DNA of 60,908 nucleotides from Alphaproteobacteria bacterium (GCA_018658465.1 JABHVE010000056.1:1-60908); one strand, 5' to 3'. Counted from the stretch's first letter, positions 45,745 through 56,570 are shown. The notes: a model not told the origin generated them from the letters alone. Numbers and translations: made by a program.

Positions 45745-48700
45745 CAGACCTCGTCCAATTCCGAGATCATCTCCTCCAGGGTTTCTTCGCTGGCCATGGA
45801 CACTAGCCGTTCCATCACCGCCTCGGCGAGGCCACGAACGGTGGGATTCTTTATGAACGAATCAATGGGAAGGTCGATGCTAAATGTATCCGAAGTAATG
45901 GCCGTCGCCTGCACCGCCAGCAACGAGTTGCCGCCTACTTCAGTAAAATCATCGTTTGCGCCGATCTGCGAGATGCCCAGGATGCCCTGCCAGATTTCGG
46001 CCACGGCCTTTTCAATGGCGTTTTCTGGGGCTTCGTACGGTGTTGAAAGGGACGGGCGCGCATGGGTGGGGGCCTCGGCTGTGCCCTCGTCATCAGAGTT
46101 GTCCGATTTGGCTCCGGCGTTGTTTTCCTCCTCGATCAACGCATCCAGGTCACGGGTGCTGACCACCACCTGGGGAAAGGACGGTGCGGCGAGGATGCGC
46201 GCGAGAGCATCGACGCCCTCGCCCGGCAGAAGGTCGGTCGGGTTTGCCGTCAGTGATTCCGGCATGCCAGCCCCGGCAATTCCTGGCGTCGTCGAAATGG
46301 TCCCGATGCTAGGCCCCGGCGCTCTTCCCGTGGCGGTTACCCGCTTTAGACTGTATTTCTTGACCTCCACCAGTACCCGGCCGTCAGTGTCCAAAAACGT
46401 GACGTCAAAGGACATGGTTTCGGCTTCGGGCCCGGCTTCTCCATTCAGTCGAATATGACTCCAGAACGTCGCCGTCAGGGGCGCACGTATGTGCACTTGC
46501 CGGTATCCAGTGGGCAAATATGCGCCTTCGGCCACGTGTTTGACGGCGGCGGCCAGCGCCACGTCTGTCAGCGCCGGATGATGCGGGTAGGTAATTAGAT
46601 CGCCGGAAAATTCGTCCGGCAGTTGGATCTCCGCCAGCCATTCGCCGTCGCCTATGCGAAGTCCGTTTAGCGCTTCCCACCGTGGGCCCAGTTCGAGATA
46701 GGGAGCGTCGTCGCCGTCCCGCACGCGATAGAACGGGCGGTCGTCGATTTCTCCGTCGAACCGGGCCACCAACGCGACGACATCGATTGCAGTTGGGGTG
46801 GGCGTCTTGGGAAGTTGGACGGTTCCCCGGAAATGTTCCTGCCAGTGGCCGCCCGGACCATTCCGCTGGCTTTTGAAACTGAACCGATATTTATCCCCGG
46901 CTTCCACAATGCTCAGGCGGACCCGGCGGTCCGTGTCCGGCTCGAACATCAGCGGTGAGATAAAGTAGGTATTTTCCAGAACCGCTGTGCTGCCCGGGTT
47001 CTTCAGGGCCGAGAATCGCGCCATCAAATCAAGAAATCCGGTCCCGACCATCGTTGGGATGCCGAAAACAAAATGGTCGCTGATGATCCAGTCCGATTCA
47101 GGACTCACCAACACGTCATAAAAGTCTTCGCCATGTTCGGCGCCAGCAAAACGCAGCTCCGGGCCATCCTCATCGCGGCTGACCGGGCCAACCCCGCGGC
47201 GGGTGTTCACCTGCTGCCAACGCGCTGCCATTCCAATTTCGGCCCACGACGGCCAATCAATGGAAACAGCGACCCAAGGACGTTTGGCTCGCAGAGATTG
47301 GGCCACGGCGTCCAAGAAGCTGTTGGCCGCACAATAATCCACCCGCCCAGCCTCGCCGAGAATGGACGAGATGGATGAAAACAACACAAAGAAGTCTAGG
47401 TCTTTGTCCTTGAACAACTGGTCCAAAATCAAGGTGCCCCGGACTTTTGCATTTAAGACGTCCGCCGCCATTTCGGGGGTCTTCAGGGAAATGATGCCGC
47501 TACCAGCAACGCCGGCTGCGTGGACGACGCCATGGATCGCGCCGAACCGGCCAACAGCATCGTCGACCACAGTGCGCATCGCGGCCAAGTCGCCGCTGTC
47601 TGCCCGGACGGCGATCACATTGGCGCCTGCCGATTCCAATGCGCGGATCCCGCGGATCCGTTCGCTGGTCGTATCGGTCTCGGAGTGATCGGACAGCCAG
47701 ACGTCCCAATCGCCACAGGCCAACAACGGGGCACGGTGGGTAAGAATCAGCGTGGCGCCCGCAATGTCCTCGGCGATCCGTTGGGCCACGATCAAGCCGA
47801 GCCCCCCCAAGCCGCCACTTATCAAGTATACGCCGTTCTCACGCGATACCGGGCCGAGGCCATCCTTCTCGGCAAGGCGCACCTGCTCGAAGCTCTCGAC
47901 CCAGCGATATCCGTTGCGGTAGGCCGCCAAAGTTCCGGCAGTGCCGAGCCGGGTCTCGGCAATCAAATTGGCGGCGAGTAAATCCGCCTCGTCTGCGGTG
48001 GCAGGAAAGTCGACGTCCACGAACCGCCCGTGTGCCCCCGGAAATTCCCGTCCCCAAACGCGGGCAGGGCCGATGGCCAGAGCTCTTACCGGATCCAACA
48101 CGCCTTCGCCGGCCACGTCGAACACTCCGCTGGCTGCCACCACGAGCCGCACACCGTCGATCACGTTGTGCTTGACCAGCGCTTGCTCCAGGAACAACGG
48201 GCTGTAAAACGCCAGCGCCTCGCTTTCATCCAGAGTTTCAAAGTCCGGCATTCCACCTGCCGTCGCCACGTTCCACAAATGAACGATGCGAGACGGGACC
48301 GTTGCCGCCTGCTTTAGTGACCCAAGTAACGCCTGATAATCATCCGCCACCCCGGGCCGAATGACCCATGTATGCGCGTCAATACTTTCGAAGGCGTTGC
48401 CCCGGCGGACGAGGACCACCTGTTCTCCGAGCTCTCGGATCTGGTTAGCCATTGCGGAGCCCACGCCTTCGCCGTCCTCCAAAATCAGCCAAGAGTCGCC
48501 AGAATTCGTTTCGCCATCTGGTTCCGGGCCCGACAACAATTCCGCAGCAGCTGTCCGCCGCCACGCCGGCAAGTAAAACCACGCGCTCATGTCTGGGTTC
48601 TTCTGGTCGATTTTGCGTACCGAGGATTCGGCGGATGAGGCTCCGGTCAGAAGAAAACGCTGCCGCTCAAACGGATATCCAGGCATGGACACGCGGCGGG

Positions 48701-51305
48701 GCTGGCGGTGCTTGTACAAGGTCGGCCACCGGATCGGACGCCCCGCAGCCCACAGTGCGCCAACCGCTCCCATGGCGTGCTCAAGATCGGAACCCGTGTC
48801 CGACTGTGCCCCCATGGTGGTCACGACCGAGTGCTCGCTCAATTTGGATAGTTGGGATTTCGCCGCGGAGGCCAGAGAGTGACCGGGGCCGCATTCCAAA
48901 ACGATTGACGGCTCCGACCCGTTGAACAAGGTCATCAACCCATCGGAGAACCGCACGGGGCGACGCACGTGTTGAACCCAATAATCGGGATCGGTGGATT
49001 GCTCGGCGGTCATCCACTCGCCGGTCACTGTGGAAATAATGGGGGTGTTGGGAGGCGCCAAGGAAATGGAGTTCATCACGCCCGCGAATTCACCCAGGGC
49101 CGGATCCATCATCGAAGAATGAAACGCATGGGAGGTATCCAAGCGGGAGGCGAAAATTCCCGCGAGCTTCAGCGTTGCTTCCAAGGATTCGATGTCCGGT
49201 GTGGGCCCGGCCACCACCGTAAGCTTGGGGCTATTAACTGCCGCCACCGACAGGGCGGACGTTAAGTAATCTGTGATCTCGCTCTCGGGCTGCAAAATGG
49301 CCAGCATTGACCCCTGAGGCAGCCCCTGGATGAGCTGTCCGCGCCGGGCTACCGCCACGGCGCCATCTTTCAGACTGAGAACACCAGCCAGAACCGCGGC
49401 CACGTATTCGCCGACGCTGTGGCCGATCAGCGCACCCGGTTGAATGCCCCAGGACATAAACATTTTTGCGACCGCGTAGTTGGTGGCAAAAATGGCCGGC
49501 TGTGTCACATCGGTATCGTTGAGGCGCTTGCCAGCGGCACTGTCGCCAGGATCGGCGTACATCACATCGCGCAGGTCGATATCCATGACGGGACGCAATG
49601 TCTCGCACACGGCGTCTATGGCTTCCCGGTAGGCGGGTTCAGACTCGTAAAGGCCAGCGCCCATGCCGACGTATTGGTTACCTTGGCCGGGGAATGCGAA
49701 AACTATCCGCCGCTCCTCAACGGGGCAGACTTCATGATTTCGGCCGCCAGGTTTGCGGTCCGTCAATCGCTCAAGCACATCCTCGCGGCCAACATTCACC
49801 ACATAACGCCGGTGCGGAAAATCCGCCCGTCCCACTTGGCTTGTGTATGCCAGGTCGTCCAAATCCACGTCGGTATTGGCGGCGATATGACTGGCGGCGG
49901 CCGTCGTCATTGCCTCCAAAGCTGTCTCAGATTTTGCCGAGAACACCACCACGTTTGCCGCGCGCGGCGCGCCGGTCCGAGTGTTTTCGGGCGGCTCCTG
50001 AAGAATGGCGCAGGCGTTGGTTCCTCCCACCCCGAACGAATTGAGCAGCGCTCGCAAGGGGCCAGCGCCGCGGGGCAACTTCCGCAGCTCGGTATTTACG
50101 AAGAACGGGGTGTTGGGAAAATCTATTTCCGGATTAGGAGTTTCGCAATTGACCGAAGCTGGCAAAATTCCATGCTTTAAGGCCATGGCGGTCTTGATCA
50201 TGCTGGCGGCCCCGGCGGCCACGTCGGTGTGGCCGATGTTTCCTTTTACCGAGCCCAGCGCACAAAAATGCTTTTGGTCTGTTTTGCGACCAAAAATTTG
50301 CGACAGCGAGGCGACTTCCACGGGGTCACCCAATGCCGTGGCCGTACCGTGGGCTTCGACAAACGAAATCGACGTTGGGCTCACCTCTGCGCGTTCGAAC
50401 GCCTCGATCCCGACCTCAACTTGGCCGTTCACGCTGGGGGCCGTAAAGCCCACCTTATCGCTGCCGTCGTTGTTGATCGCCCCATCCAAAATCACGGCGT
50501 GAATGTTGTCACCGTCGCTGATCGCGTCGGCTAGACGCTTCAGCAACACGACGGCGCTGCCCCGGCTGAACACCGTTCCGGCGGCCTTCGCGTCGAATGG
50601 ACGGCAATGGCCGTCTGGGGAATCCAGACCACCGTTTTGGTACAGGTAGCCTTTCCGCTCCGGGATTTCGATGGTGGCTCCGCCGGCCAAGACCAGGTCG
50701 CACTGAAAGGAGGTGAGGCTGGCGGCACCCAACAGCGCGGACACCACGGACGTGGAGCATGCACATTGCACGTTCACGCTGGGGCCGGTCAGGTTCAGTT
50801 TGTACGAGACCCGGGTGGTCACGTAATCCTTGTCATTACTGGTCACCACCGATGCGGCGTTGGCATATTTTTTTACGGCTGGGTGACGGCTGACATCGCC
50901 CAAATGCCAATTGGTTCCGACCCCGCCAAACACCCCAATGCGGGCGTCAGTCTTCGTCGGGACGTAACCACCGTCTTCCAGTGCGTGCCAGGCGCATTCC
51001 AGAAAAATTCTTTGCTGGGGGTCCAGCAACTCGGCATCCCGAGGCGTAAATCCAAAGAACGCGGCATCGAAATCCCCGGCGCCGTCAACAATGCCCCGCG
51101 TTTTCACATAATTTGGCGACTGAATGAGCTCTGGGGATATTCCAGATTCCAACAACTCTTCGTCCGTAAACGTTGTTAGCGACTCAACACCGTTCACCAA
51201 ATTTTCCCAGTATTCCGCGACGTTTGCCGCGCCCGGTAGGCGGCAAGCCATGCCGACGATGGCCACTGCGTTTTCGGTATCAACGTCGGGATTGTCGCGG
51301 TCCAT
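45744..51305 (-). CDS. Type I polyketide synthase, KS-AT-KR-DH(like)-carrier
   Basis: KS: VQCACSTS, EAHGTATALGDP, KGNIGH. AT: GHSVGEYVAA plus HAFH (malonyl-type). KR: GVYLISGGLGGLG and SSISSILGEAGRVDYCAAN. Double-hotdog DH-like region after the KR: ISDHFVFGIPTMVGTGFLD and HPALTDVAL. Carrier: FTEVGGNSLLAVQ. Confidence 0.9.
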   Translation of the reverse strand: MDRDNPDVDTENAVAIVGMACRLPGAANVAEYWENLVNGVESLTTFTDEELLESGISPELIQSPNYVKTRGIVDGAGDFDAAFFGFTPRDAELLDPQQRIFLECAWHALEDGGYVPTKTDARIGVFGGVGTNWHLGDVSRHPAVKKYANAASVVTSNDKDYVTTRVSYKLNLTGPSVNVQCACSTSVVSALLGAASLTSFQCDLVLAGGATIEIPERKGYLYQNGGLDSPDGHCRPFDAKAAGTVFSRGSAVVLLKRLADAISDGDNIHAVILDGAINNDGSDKVGFTAPSVNGQVEVGIEAFERAEVSPTSISFVEAHGTATALGDPVEVASLSQIFGRKTDQKHFCALGSVKGNIGHTDVAAGAASMIKTAMALKHGILPASVNCETPNPEIDFPNTPFFVNTELRKLPRGAGPLRALLNSFGVGGTNACAILQEPPENTRTGAPRAANVVVFSAKSETALEAMTTAAASHIAANTDVDLDDLAYTSQVGRADFPHRRYVVNVGREDVLERLTDRKPGGRNHEVCPVEERRIVFAFPGQGNQYVGMGAGLYESEPAYREAIDAVCETLRPVMDIDLRDVMYADPGDSAAGKRLNDTDVTQPAIFATNYAVAKMFMSWGIQPGALIGHSVGEYVAAVLAGVLSLKDGAVAVARRGQLIQGLPQGSMLAILQPESEITDYLTSALSVAAVNSPKLTVVAGPTPDIESLEATLKLAGIFASRLDTSHAFHSSMMDPALGEFAGVMNSISLAPPNTPIISTVTGEWMTAEQSTDPDYWVQHVRRPVRFSDGLMTLFNGSEPSIVLECGPGHSLASAAKSQLSKLSEHSVVTTMGAQSDTGSDLEHAMGAVGALWAAGRPIRWPTLYKHRQPRRVSMPGYPFERQRFLLTGASSAESSVRKIDQKNPDMSAWFYLPAWRRTAAAELLSGPEPDGETNSGDSWLILEDGEGVGSAMANQIRELGEQVVLVRRGNAFESIDAHTWVIRPGVADDYQALLGSLKQAATVPSRIVHLWNVATAGGMPDFETLDESEALAFYSPLFLEQALVKHNVIDGVRLVVAASGVFDVAGEGVLDPVRALAIGPARVWGREFPGAHGRFVDVDFPATADEADLLAANLIAETRLGTAGTLAAYRNGYRWVESFEQVRLAEKDGLGPVSRENGVYLISGGLGGLGLIVAQRIAEDIAGATLILTHRAPLLACGDWDVWLSDHSETDTTSERIRGIRALESAGANVIAVRADSGDLAAMRTVVDDAVGRFGAIHGVVHAAGVAGSGIISLKTPEMAADVLNAKVRGTLILDQLFKDKDLDFFVLFSSISSILGEAGRVDYCAANSFLDAVAQSLRAKRPWVAVSIDWPSWAEIGMAARWQQVNTRRGVGPVSRDEDGPELRFAGAEHGEDFYDVLVSPESDWIISDHFVFGIPTMVGTGFLDLMARFSALKNPGSTAVLENTYFISPLMFEPDTDRRVRLSIVEAGDKYRFSFKSQRNGPGGHWQEHFRGTVQLPKTPTPTAIDVVALVARFDGEIDDRPFYRVRDGDDAPYLELGPRWEALNGLRIGDGEWLAEIQLPDEFSGDLITYPHHPALTDVALAAAVKHVAEGAYLPTGYRQVHIRAPLTATFWSHIRLNGEAGPEAETMSFDVTFLDTDGRVLVEVKKYSLKRVTATGRAPGPSIGTISTTPGIAGAGMPESLTANPTDLLPGEGVDALARILAAPSFPQVVVSTRDLDALIEEENNAGAKSDNSDDEGTAEAPTHARPSLSTPYEAPENAIEKAVAEIWQGILGISQIGANDDFTEVGGNSLLAVQATAITSDTFSIDLPIDSFIKNPTVRGLAEAVMERLVSMASEETLEEMISELDEV

Positions 51306-51306
51306 T

Positions 51307-54300
51307 TTATATCTCCCTCAAATTCGACACCCGGCGCGCCACCGGTTTGTGCCGTTTGCGAAGGGCTTGGCGCCGGGCCATATCGGCGGCAACTCGCCCC
51401 GTAGCATCATCGCTCCGGGATAAATGGCGCGCCAAACTGCGGACGGTCGGAAATTGAAACAAGTCGATGTTTGACACCGTGACCCCAAGTTTTTGTTCAA
51501 TCAGCCCGCCTAGTCTGGCCATCATTAGAGAATGGCCGCCAACGTCGAAGAAGCTGTCTTGGGGTCCAAATTGCCCCGTCTCCAGTACTTCCTCCCAGAT
51601 AGCCGCCAACGTCCGTTCGTAATCGTTCGCGTAAATCCGATCCAATTCCGATCGTAACGTTTTCTGATACTCCGGCTTTGGCAGTGCAGCCAAGTCGGCT
51701 TTGCTGTTGGGCAGCATTGGGATTGAATCCAACCTCACAAAATGGGCCGGAATCATGTAGTCCGGCAGCTTTTGCTTCAGGTAGGTACGCAGTTCCGAAG
51801 CGTCGGGACCGCTTTGGTCTTCGTATAGAAGATAGGCCACCAGCCGAACATCGTCCGGTTCGTCCTCTCGAAGGATGATGATTGCGTGTCTGACATTCGG
51901 GTGATCGCCCAAAAGATGCTCGATTTCGCCCAATTCGACACGGTATCCGCGCACCTTCACTTGGCGGTCCAGGCGCCCGAGGAATTCGATATTTCCGCTC
52001 GGCAGGTACCTTGCTTGGTCGCCGGTTTTGAAAAGCCGGGCCCGGGCGTCAGGCTTGAACGGGTCTTGGACGAACGATGCCGCCGTCTGCTCTGGGTCGC
52101 CGTGATATCCGTCGGCGACGCAAACGCCACCAATATAAATTTGGCCGGTAAGGCCGATGGGGACCGGACTCATGTGGTCGTCCAAAATATGAATGCTTGT
52201 GTTGTGGATTGGCTTGCCGACGGGCACCGCCCGCAAGCGCTCGGCGCGCTGGCACTGCCAATGACACACGTAGATCGAGGCCTCGGTGGGGCCATAAAGG
52301 TTATGCAATTCTCCCGCATAGGCGGCGAACACATCTTCTTGCAGAGTGATCGGCAACACCTCGCCGCCGGAGAAAACCCGCTTCAACGATTTGCACGATT
52401 CTACTTGTCCTGAATCTACGAATCCCCGCAACGCAGACGGCACGAATTGAACGTGCGTGATGGTCTCGCGTTGGATCAAACTTGCCAAGGATTCTGACGC
52501 CTGCAGATCGTCGCGCCGCCCCACCACCAGGCGCGCCCCAGTGATCAGCGGGAAAAATATTTCCCAAACCGAAATATCGAAATTGATCGAGGTCCGCATT
52601 AGGACCGCATCGTCCGAAGTCAGCGGGAAGGTGTCGCGCAACCACAGCACAAAATTCGCCGGCCCCCCATTCGACACTCGCACACCTTTGGGACTGCCCG
52701 ACGAGCCCGATGTGTACATCATGTACATCAGGTCACTTGGCCCGGTGGCTGGGGCCTGGACGCCTGGCTCCGCAGAGTGGGATCCGCTGATATTCTCCGC
52801 ATAAACTAGCGTTGACGGCACCGGCCCGAGGCGGTCGCCAAGATCGCGGGTTGTGACGATGAGAGCGAGCCCCGCATCGGCGATGATCGCGTCGATTCGG
52901 TCACGGGGGTAATAGGGATCCAAGGGAACGTAGGCAGCCCCGGACTTCAACACCCCCAGCAGCACGATGATCATCTCGGCGGAAGGCTCAAGATGGATAC
53001 CCACTGGATCGCCAGCACGGGCGCCGTTCTTACCCAAAGTCTGGGCGACGGATTCTGCGCGGGCACCAAGCTCGCCATAAGTGAGCCGCGTTTCGCCGCA
53101 TTTGATGGCCGTGGCGTCGGGCGTCCGCGCGGCCTGGGCCTCAAACAACCCAATCAATCCAAGGTCGCGGTCGTTTTCGTGGGCAGTTGCGTTCCACGCC
53201 TCAATTCGTCGCAAATCTGTCTGGGGCGACACGGCAAAATCCGCCAAGACCCGGTCCGGATGGGCGACCGCCTCGCTCAAAACCTCAACGAACTGGGTCA
53301 GGAACCGTTCGATTGCGACACCGTCAATCAATTCGGTCTTGTAAGACAGCTTCAATTCGAAACCCTGGTCTTGGTCCTGGACGTCAAGAACCAAATCGTA
53401 CTTAGCGCCGGCGTTGCCATCCTCGTGGACACTTAGCCCCAAATGATCTCCGGCCCCAGTGGTAAGCAATTTTTCCTGCAGGGCGAACATCACCTGAAAA
53501 ACCGGCGTCTGATTCAGGCTTCTTTTTGGCCCCAGCAGATCGACTAACTGGTCGAATGGGAAGGACTGATGCTCCAATGAATCCAAGCAGTTTTTCCGAA
53601 CTTCGGCCAACAGCTCGGTGAACGGCTGATCCATCCGCAAGCGCGACCGCAAAACGATGGTATTGGCTAGGAACCCGATCAGATCCTCGGCTTCGGAATG
53701 GCGACGGTTAGCGACGGGGGTTCCCACAAGAATGTCGTCTTGGCCCGAGTACCGGAACAGCAGGACCTTGAAGACCGCCAAAAGCGTCATAAATGCGGTT
53801 GTCTGGTGCGCGCGATTAAATGTGCCCAGACGTTCCTTTAATTCGGCCCTGATCAGATGTGTTCGAATAGATCCTTCAAATCCGCGCACCGGCGGCCGCG
53901 TAAAATCGGCCGGAAATTTCAGATCCGGCGCACTGCCCATCAAGGACTCTCGCCAGTATTCCCGGGCCGGACCGTCATTTTCAGCGCCCGGCCCTTCCCG
54001 CCACGCCGACCAATCCCGATACTGAATTTGTTCGCCGCGGACGGGATCCGGCTCTGCTGCCTGGATGCGGCGGTATTGCTCCAGCAAATCCCGGCAAAAC
54101 AGATTAATGGAGCGGCCGTCGAAAATGATGTGGTGAACTGTGACCAGCAGGCGTTGGCGCTCAGGGCCGACTCGGACGAGCCTAAATCGGTACAGCGGGC
54201 CAAATTCCAGGTCGAACGGGGACGCAGCCTGGGCGGCTGTCAGCCTGTCGGCCTCCCGCGTCGCCTCGGCTTGATTCAATTGGCGCAAATCCACTCGTGG

Positions 54301-56385
54301 AAGTGTCAACGCCTCAAAATTTTCGGTGCGCGCCATCGGTTGACCGTGCTGCACCGCGATAACAGTACGAAGGGACTCATTGCGCCGGACCACAGCGCCC
54401 AAGGCGGTCTCTAGGTCGCCCGGGTCCAAATCCCCTTCAAACCTGACTGAAAACTGGATGTTGTAGGCGATTTGATCCGGGAAAGTCCGGCACAGAAGCC
54501 AAAGACTTCGCTGATTTTGTGAGCAAGGGTAGGTCCCAGTTTGACCCTGCCGCTTGATCGGTCTGCCACCAGGGCCCGAAATTGGATCCAATGCGCCAAG
54601 AAATTCAGAAAAGGCGGCGGGGGTGGCGTGGTCGAAAAAGTCTGCGTAGGACAACGTCGTCCGATGGGCCTCACCAACCCGCGCCAAAACCGCCGCGACT
54701 CCCAAAGAATCGCCCCCCAATTCGAAAAAATCGTCTTGGGTGCCGACGCCGTCGACGCCTAGAACTTCCTCCCATATCCGTACGATCTGCATTTCTCTAA
54801 CGGTGGCCGGTGCGACGAAGGCGTATGCCAGCGCCGGGCGCTCCCGGCCCGGAGCGGGTAAATTGGTGCGATCGATTTTCCCACTAGCGAGTTTTGGAAA
54901 TTTCTCCAGCAGCACAAACGATTTGGGAATCATATAGTCCGGCAGCCGGTCCGCGAGAAAACCGCGCAGGACATCGACGGTCGCGTACCTGGCCAGGCGG
55001 AACGTCAAATAGGCGGCCAAAGTCCGATCCAATTCGTTTTCACGGACGGCCACCACCACCGCTTGGCGGACGGCCGGATGATCTTGGAGCGCCGCTTCGA
55101 TCTCGCCGCATTCAACCCGATGTCCGCGAACCTGCAATTGAAAATCGCGGCGCCCAATAAAATCCAGGTCTCCGCTTTCCGTGCGGCGCGCCATGTCGCC
55201 GGTCTTGAACAGGCGTTTGTCCGAACCGGGCGAAAACGGATTTGGCACGAACCGTTCTTGGGTGGCCTGGGGAAGATTTACGTATCTGCTGGCAACACCA
55301 TCTCCAACGATGCAAATTTCGCCGGGCTCGCTGGCCGGAACGGGGCGCATTGCGCTGTCGAGCAAGTAGATTTCGGTGCCGTCAATCGGACGGCCGATCA
55401 TGACTTGGTCCCCGTCGCGCAGTTCCGTATAGCTGGCATTGGCGACGACTTCCGTGGGCCCGTACAAATTCCACAGGCGGGTGTCCGGGAACACCGAAAA
55501 CGACCGACCCACCAATGATTTGGCGACGGCCTCACCGGACAAAAACACGCCGGATGGAGGCGTAATTTGTTCACCCGTTTCCGACTTTGCCTCTGCGAAA
55601 CAAACCAATTCGTTCCACAAGGTGGGAACGCAATAAAGACCGTGGCGAGGATGATCCCGATACCAGGCCAACAACTCCCCAGGGTTTTTCACGGTCTCCC
55701 TGGGCAGAATATTCAGGGTTCGTCCCAGAAGGAGCGGCGTATAAAATTGGGTCACCCCAGCGGCAAAACACATCGAAGACGACAGCGGCAGGTTCAACTC
55801 GCCCGACTCTACAAACAGATGTTCCCGGTGCCAACGCGTGTAGTAGGCCAGGCTGCGGTGGGAAACGGCGACCCCCTTTGGCTTGCCGGATGACCCAGAT
55901 GTGTAAAGCACATAGGCGGTGCGGTCGGGGTCCTGTGTGACGTCAGGGTTTTCTGCCGCCGAAAATTCCTTTGATTGCACCACGTCTGCGACCGCGACGG
56001 CGCTGGGGCACAACGGCCCCAATCGTTCAAGGTGGCGGGTCTGGGTTAGCAGCACCTGGGATCCGGTGTCTTGCAGTTGAAAGGCTACGCGATCCGTTGG
56101 ATCGGTCGTAGAAACTGGTACATAGGCTCCGCCAGCTTTCAACACACCCAGGATCGCGACGGCAGTGTCCGGCCCCGGATCCAGTGCTATCCCGATGCAA
56201 GCGCCTGGAGTAACGCCCTCTTTCAGCAAATGATGGGCGATGGCGTTGGCTTGCGAATTTATTGCGGAGTAGCTGACTTCAATTGTGCCGAATTGGACAG
56301 CGACGGCGGCTGGGTTCCTGAAGGTCTGGTCTTCAAAAATCCCGTGTACAGTGCAGCTGGTTTGTTCCGTCCTGGGTTCCGGCAT
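51307..56385 (-). CDS. NRPS, A-T-C-A-T (loading didomain plus one elongation module)
   Basis: A1: AYVLYTSGSSGKPKG, NLYGPTE, FKTGDMAR, GRRDFQLQVRGHRV. T1: FFELGGDSLGVA. C: CSQNQRSLWLL, HHIIFDGRS. A2: MYMMYTSGSSGSPKG, NLYGPTE, FKTGDQAR, GRLDRQVKVRGYRV. T2: FFDVGGHSLMMA. Confidence 0.9.
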   Translation of the reverse strand: MPEPRTEQTSCTVHGIFEDQTFRNPAAVAVQFGTIEVSYSAINSQANAIAHHLLKEGVTPGACIGIALDPGPDTAVAILGVLKAGGAYVPVSTTDPTDRVAFQLQDTGSQVLLTQTRHLERLGPLCPSAVAVADVVQSKEFSAAENPDVTQDPDRTAYVLYTSGSSGKPKGVAVSHRSLAYYTRWHREHLFVESGELNLPLSSSMCFAAGVTQFYTPLLLGRTLNILPRETVKNPGELLAWYRDHPRHGLYCVPTLWNELVCFAEAKSETGEQITPPSGVFLSGEAVAKSLVGRSFSVFPDTRLWNLYGPTEVVANASYTELRDGDQVMIGRPIDGTEIYLLDSAMRPVPASEPGEICIVGDGVASRYVNLPQATQERFVPNPFSPGSDKRLFKTGDMARRTESGDLDFIGRRDFQLQVRGHRVECGEIEAALQDHPAVRQAVVVAVRENELDRTLAAYLTFRLARYATVDVLRGFLADRLPDYMIPKSFVLLEKFPKLASGKIDRTNLPAPGRERPALAYAFVAPATVREMQIVRIWEEVLGVDGVGTQDDFFELGGDSLGVAAVLARVGEAHRTTLSYADFFDHATPAAFSEFLGALDPISGPGGRPIKRQGQTGTYPCSQNQRSLWLLCRTFPDQIAYNIQFSVRFEGDLDPGDLETALGAVVRRNESLRTVIAVQHGQPMARTENFEALTLPRVDLRQLNQAEATREADRLTAAQAASPFDLEFGPLYRFRLVRVGPERQRLLVTVHHIIFDGRSINLFCRDLLEQYRRIQAAEPDPVRGEQIQYRDWSAWREGPGAENDGPAREYWRESLMGSAPDLKFPADFTRPPVRGFEGSIRTHLIRAELKERLGTFNRAHQTTAFMTLLAVFKVLLFRYSGQDDILVGTPVANRRHSEAEDLIGFLANTIVLRSRLRMDQPFTELLAEVRKNCLDSLEHQSFPFDQLVDLLGPKRSLNQTPVFQVMFALQEKLLTTGAGDHLGLSVHEDGNAGAKYDLVLDVQDQDQGFELKLSYKTELIDGVAIERFLTQFVEVLSEAVAHPDRVLADFAVSPQTDLRRIEAWNATAHENDRDLGLIGLFEAQAARTPDATAIKCGETRLTYGELGARAESVAQTLGKNGARAGDPVGIHLEPSAEMIIVLLGVLKSGAAYVPLDPYYPRDRIDAIIADAGLALIVTTRDLGDRLGPVPSTLVYAENISGSHSAEPGVQAPATGPSDLMYMMYTSGSSGSPKGVRVSNGGPANFVLWLRDTFPLTSDDAVLMRTSINFDISVWEIFFPLITGARLVVGRRDDLQASESLASLIQRETITHVQFVPSALRGFVDSGQVESCKSLKRVFSGGEVLPITLQEDVFAAYAGELHNLYGPTEASIYVCHWQCQRAERLRAVPVGKPIHNTSIHILDDHMSPVPIGLTGQIYIGGVCVADGYHGDPEQTAASFVQDPFKPDARARLFKTGDQARYLPSGNIEFLGRLDRQVKVRGYRVELGEIEHLLGDHPNVRHAIIILREDEPDDVRLVAYLLYEDQSGPDASELRTYLKQKLPDYMIPAHFVRLDSIPMLPNSKADLAALPKPEYQKTLRSELDRIYANDYERTLAAIWEEVLETGQFGPQDSFFDVGGHSLMMARLGGLIEQKLGVTVSNIDLFQFPTVRSLARHLSRSDDATGRVAADMARRQALRKRHKPVARRVSNLREI

Positions 56386-56570
56386 AAAAATCCATCAAAT
56401 CCATTGCCCACCAGTCATCAATCCGGAGTTGCGGCCGACAAAGCCGCATAACACAAGCCGCAGGGATCTGACTTCGACAAGCCCAGGAACGGGGACCGAT
56501 CTATATAACGTTACCGCCGGGGTTCACTCCGGCGGTAAAATGGCCAAGTCTTGGTTGAGTGGGCGGCCCG

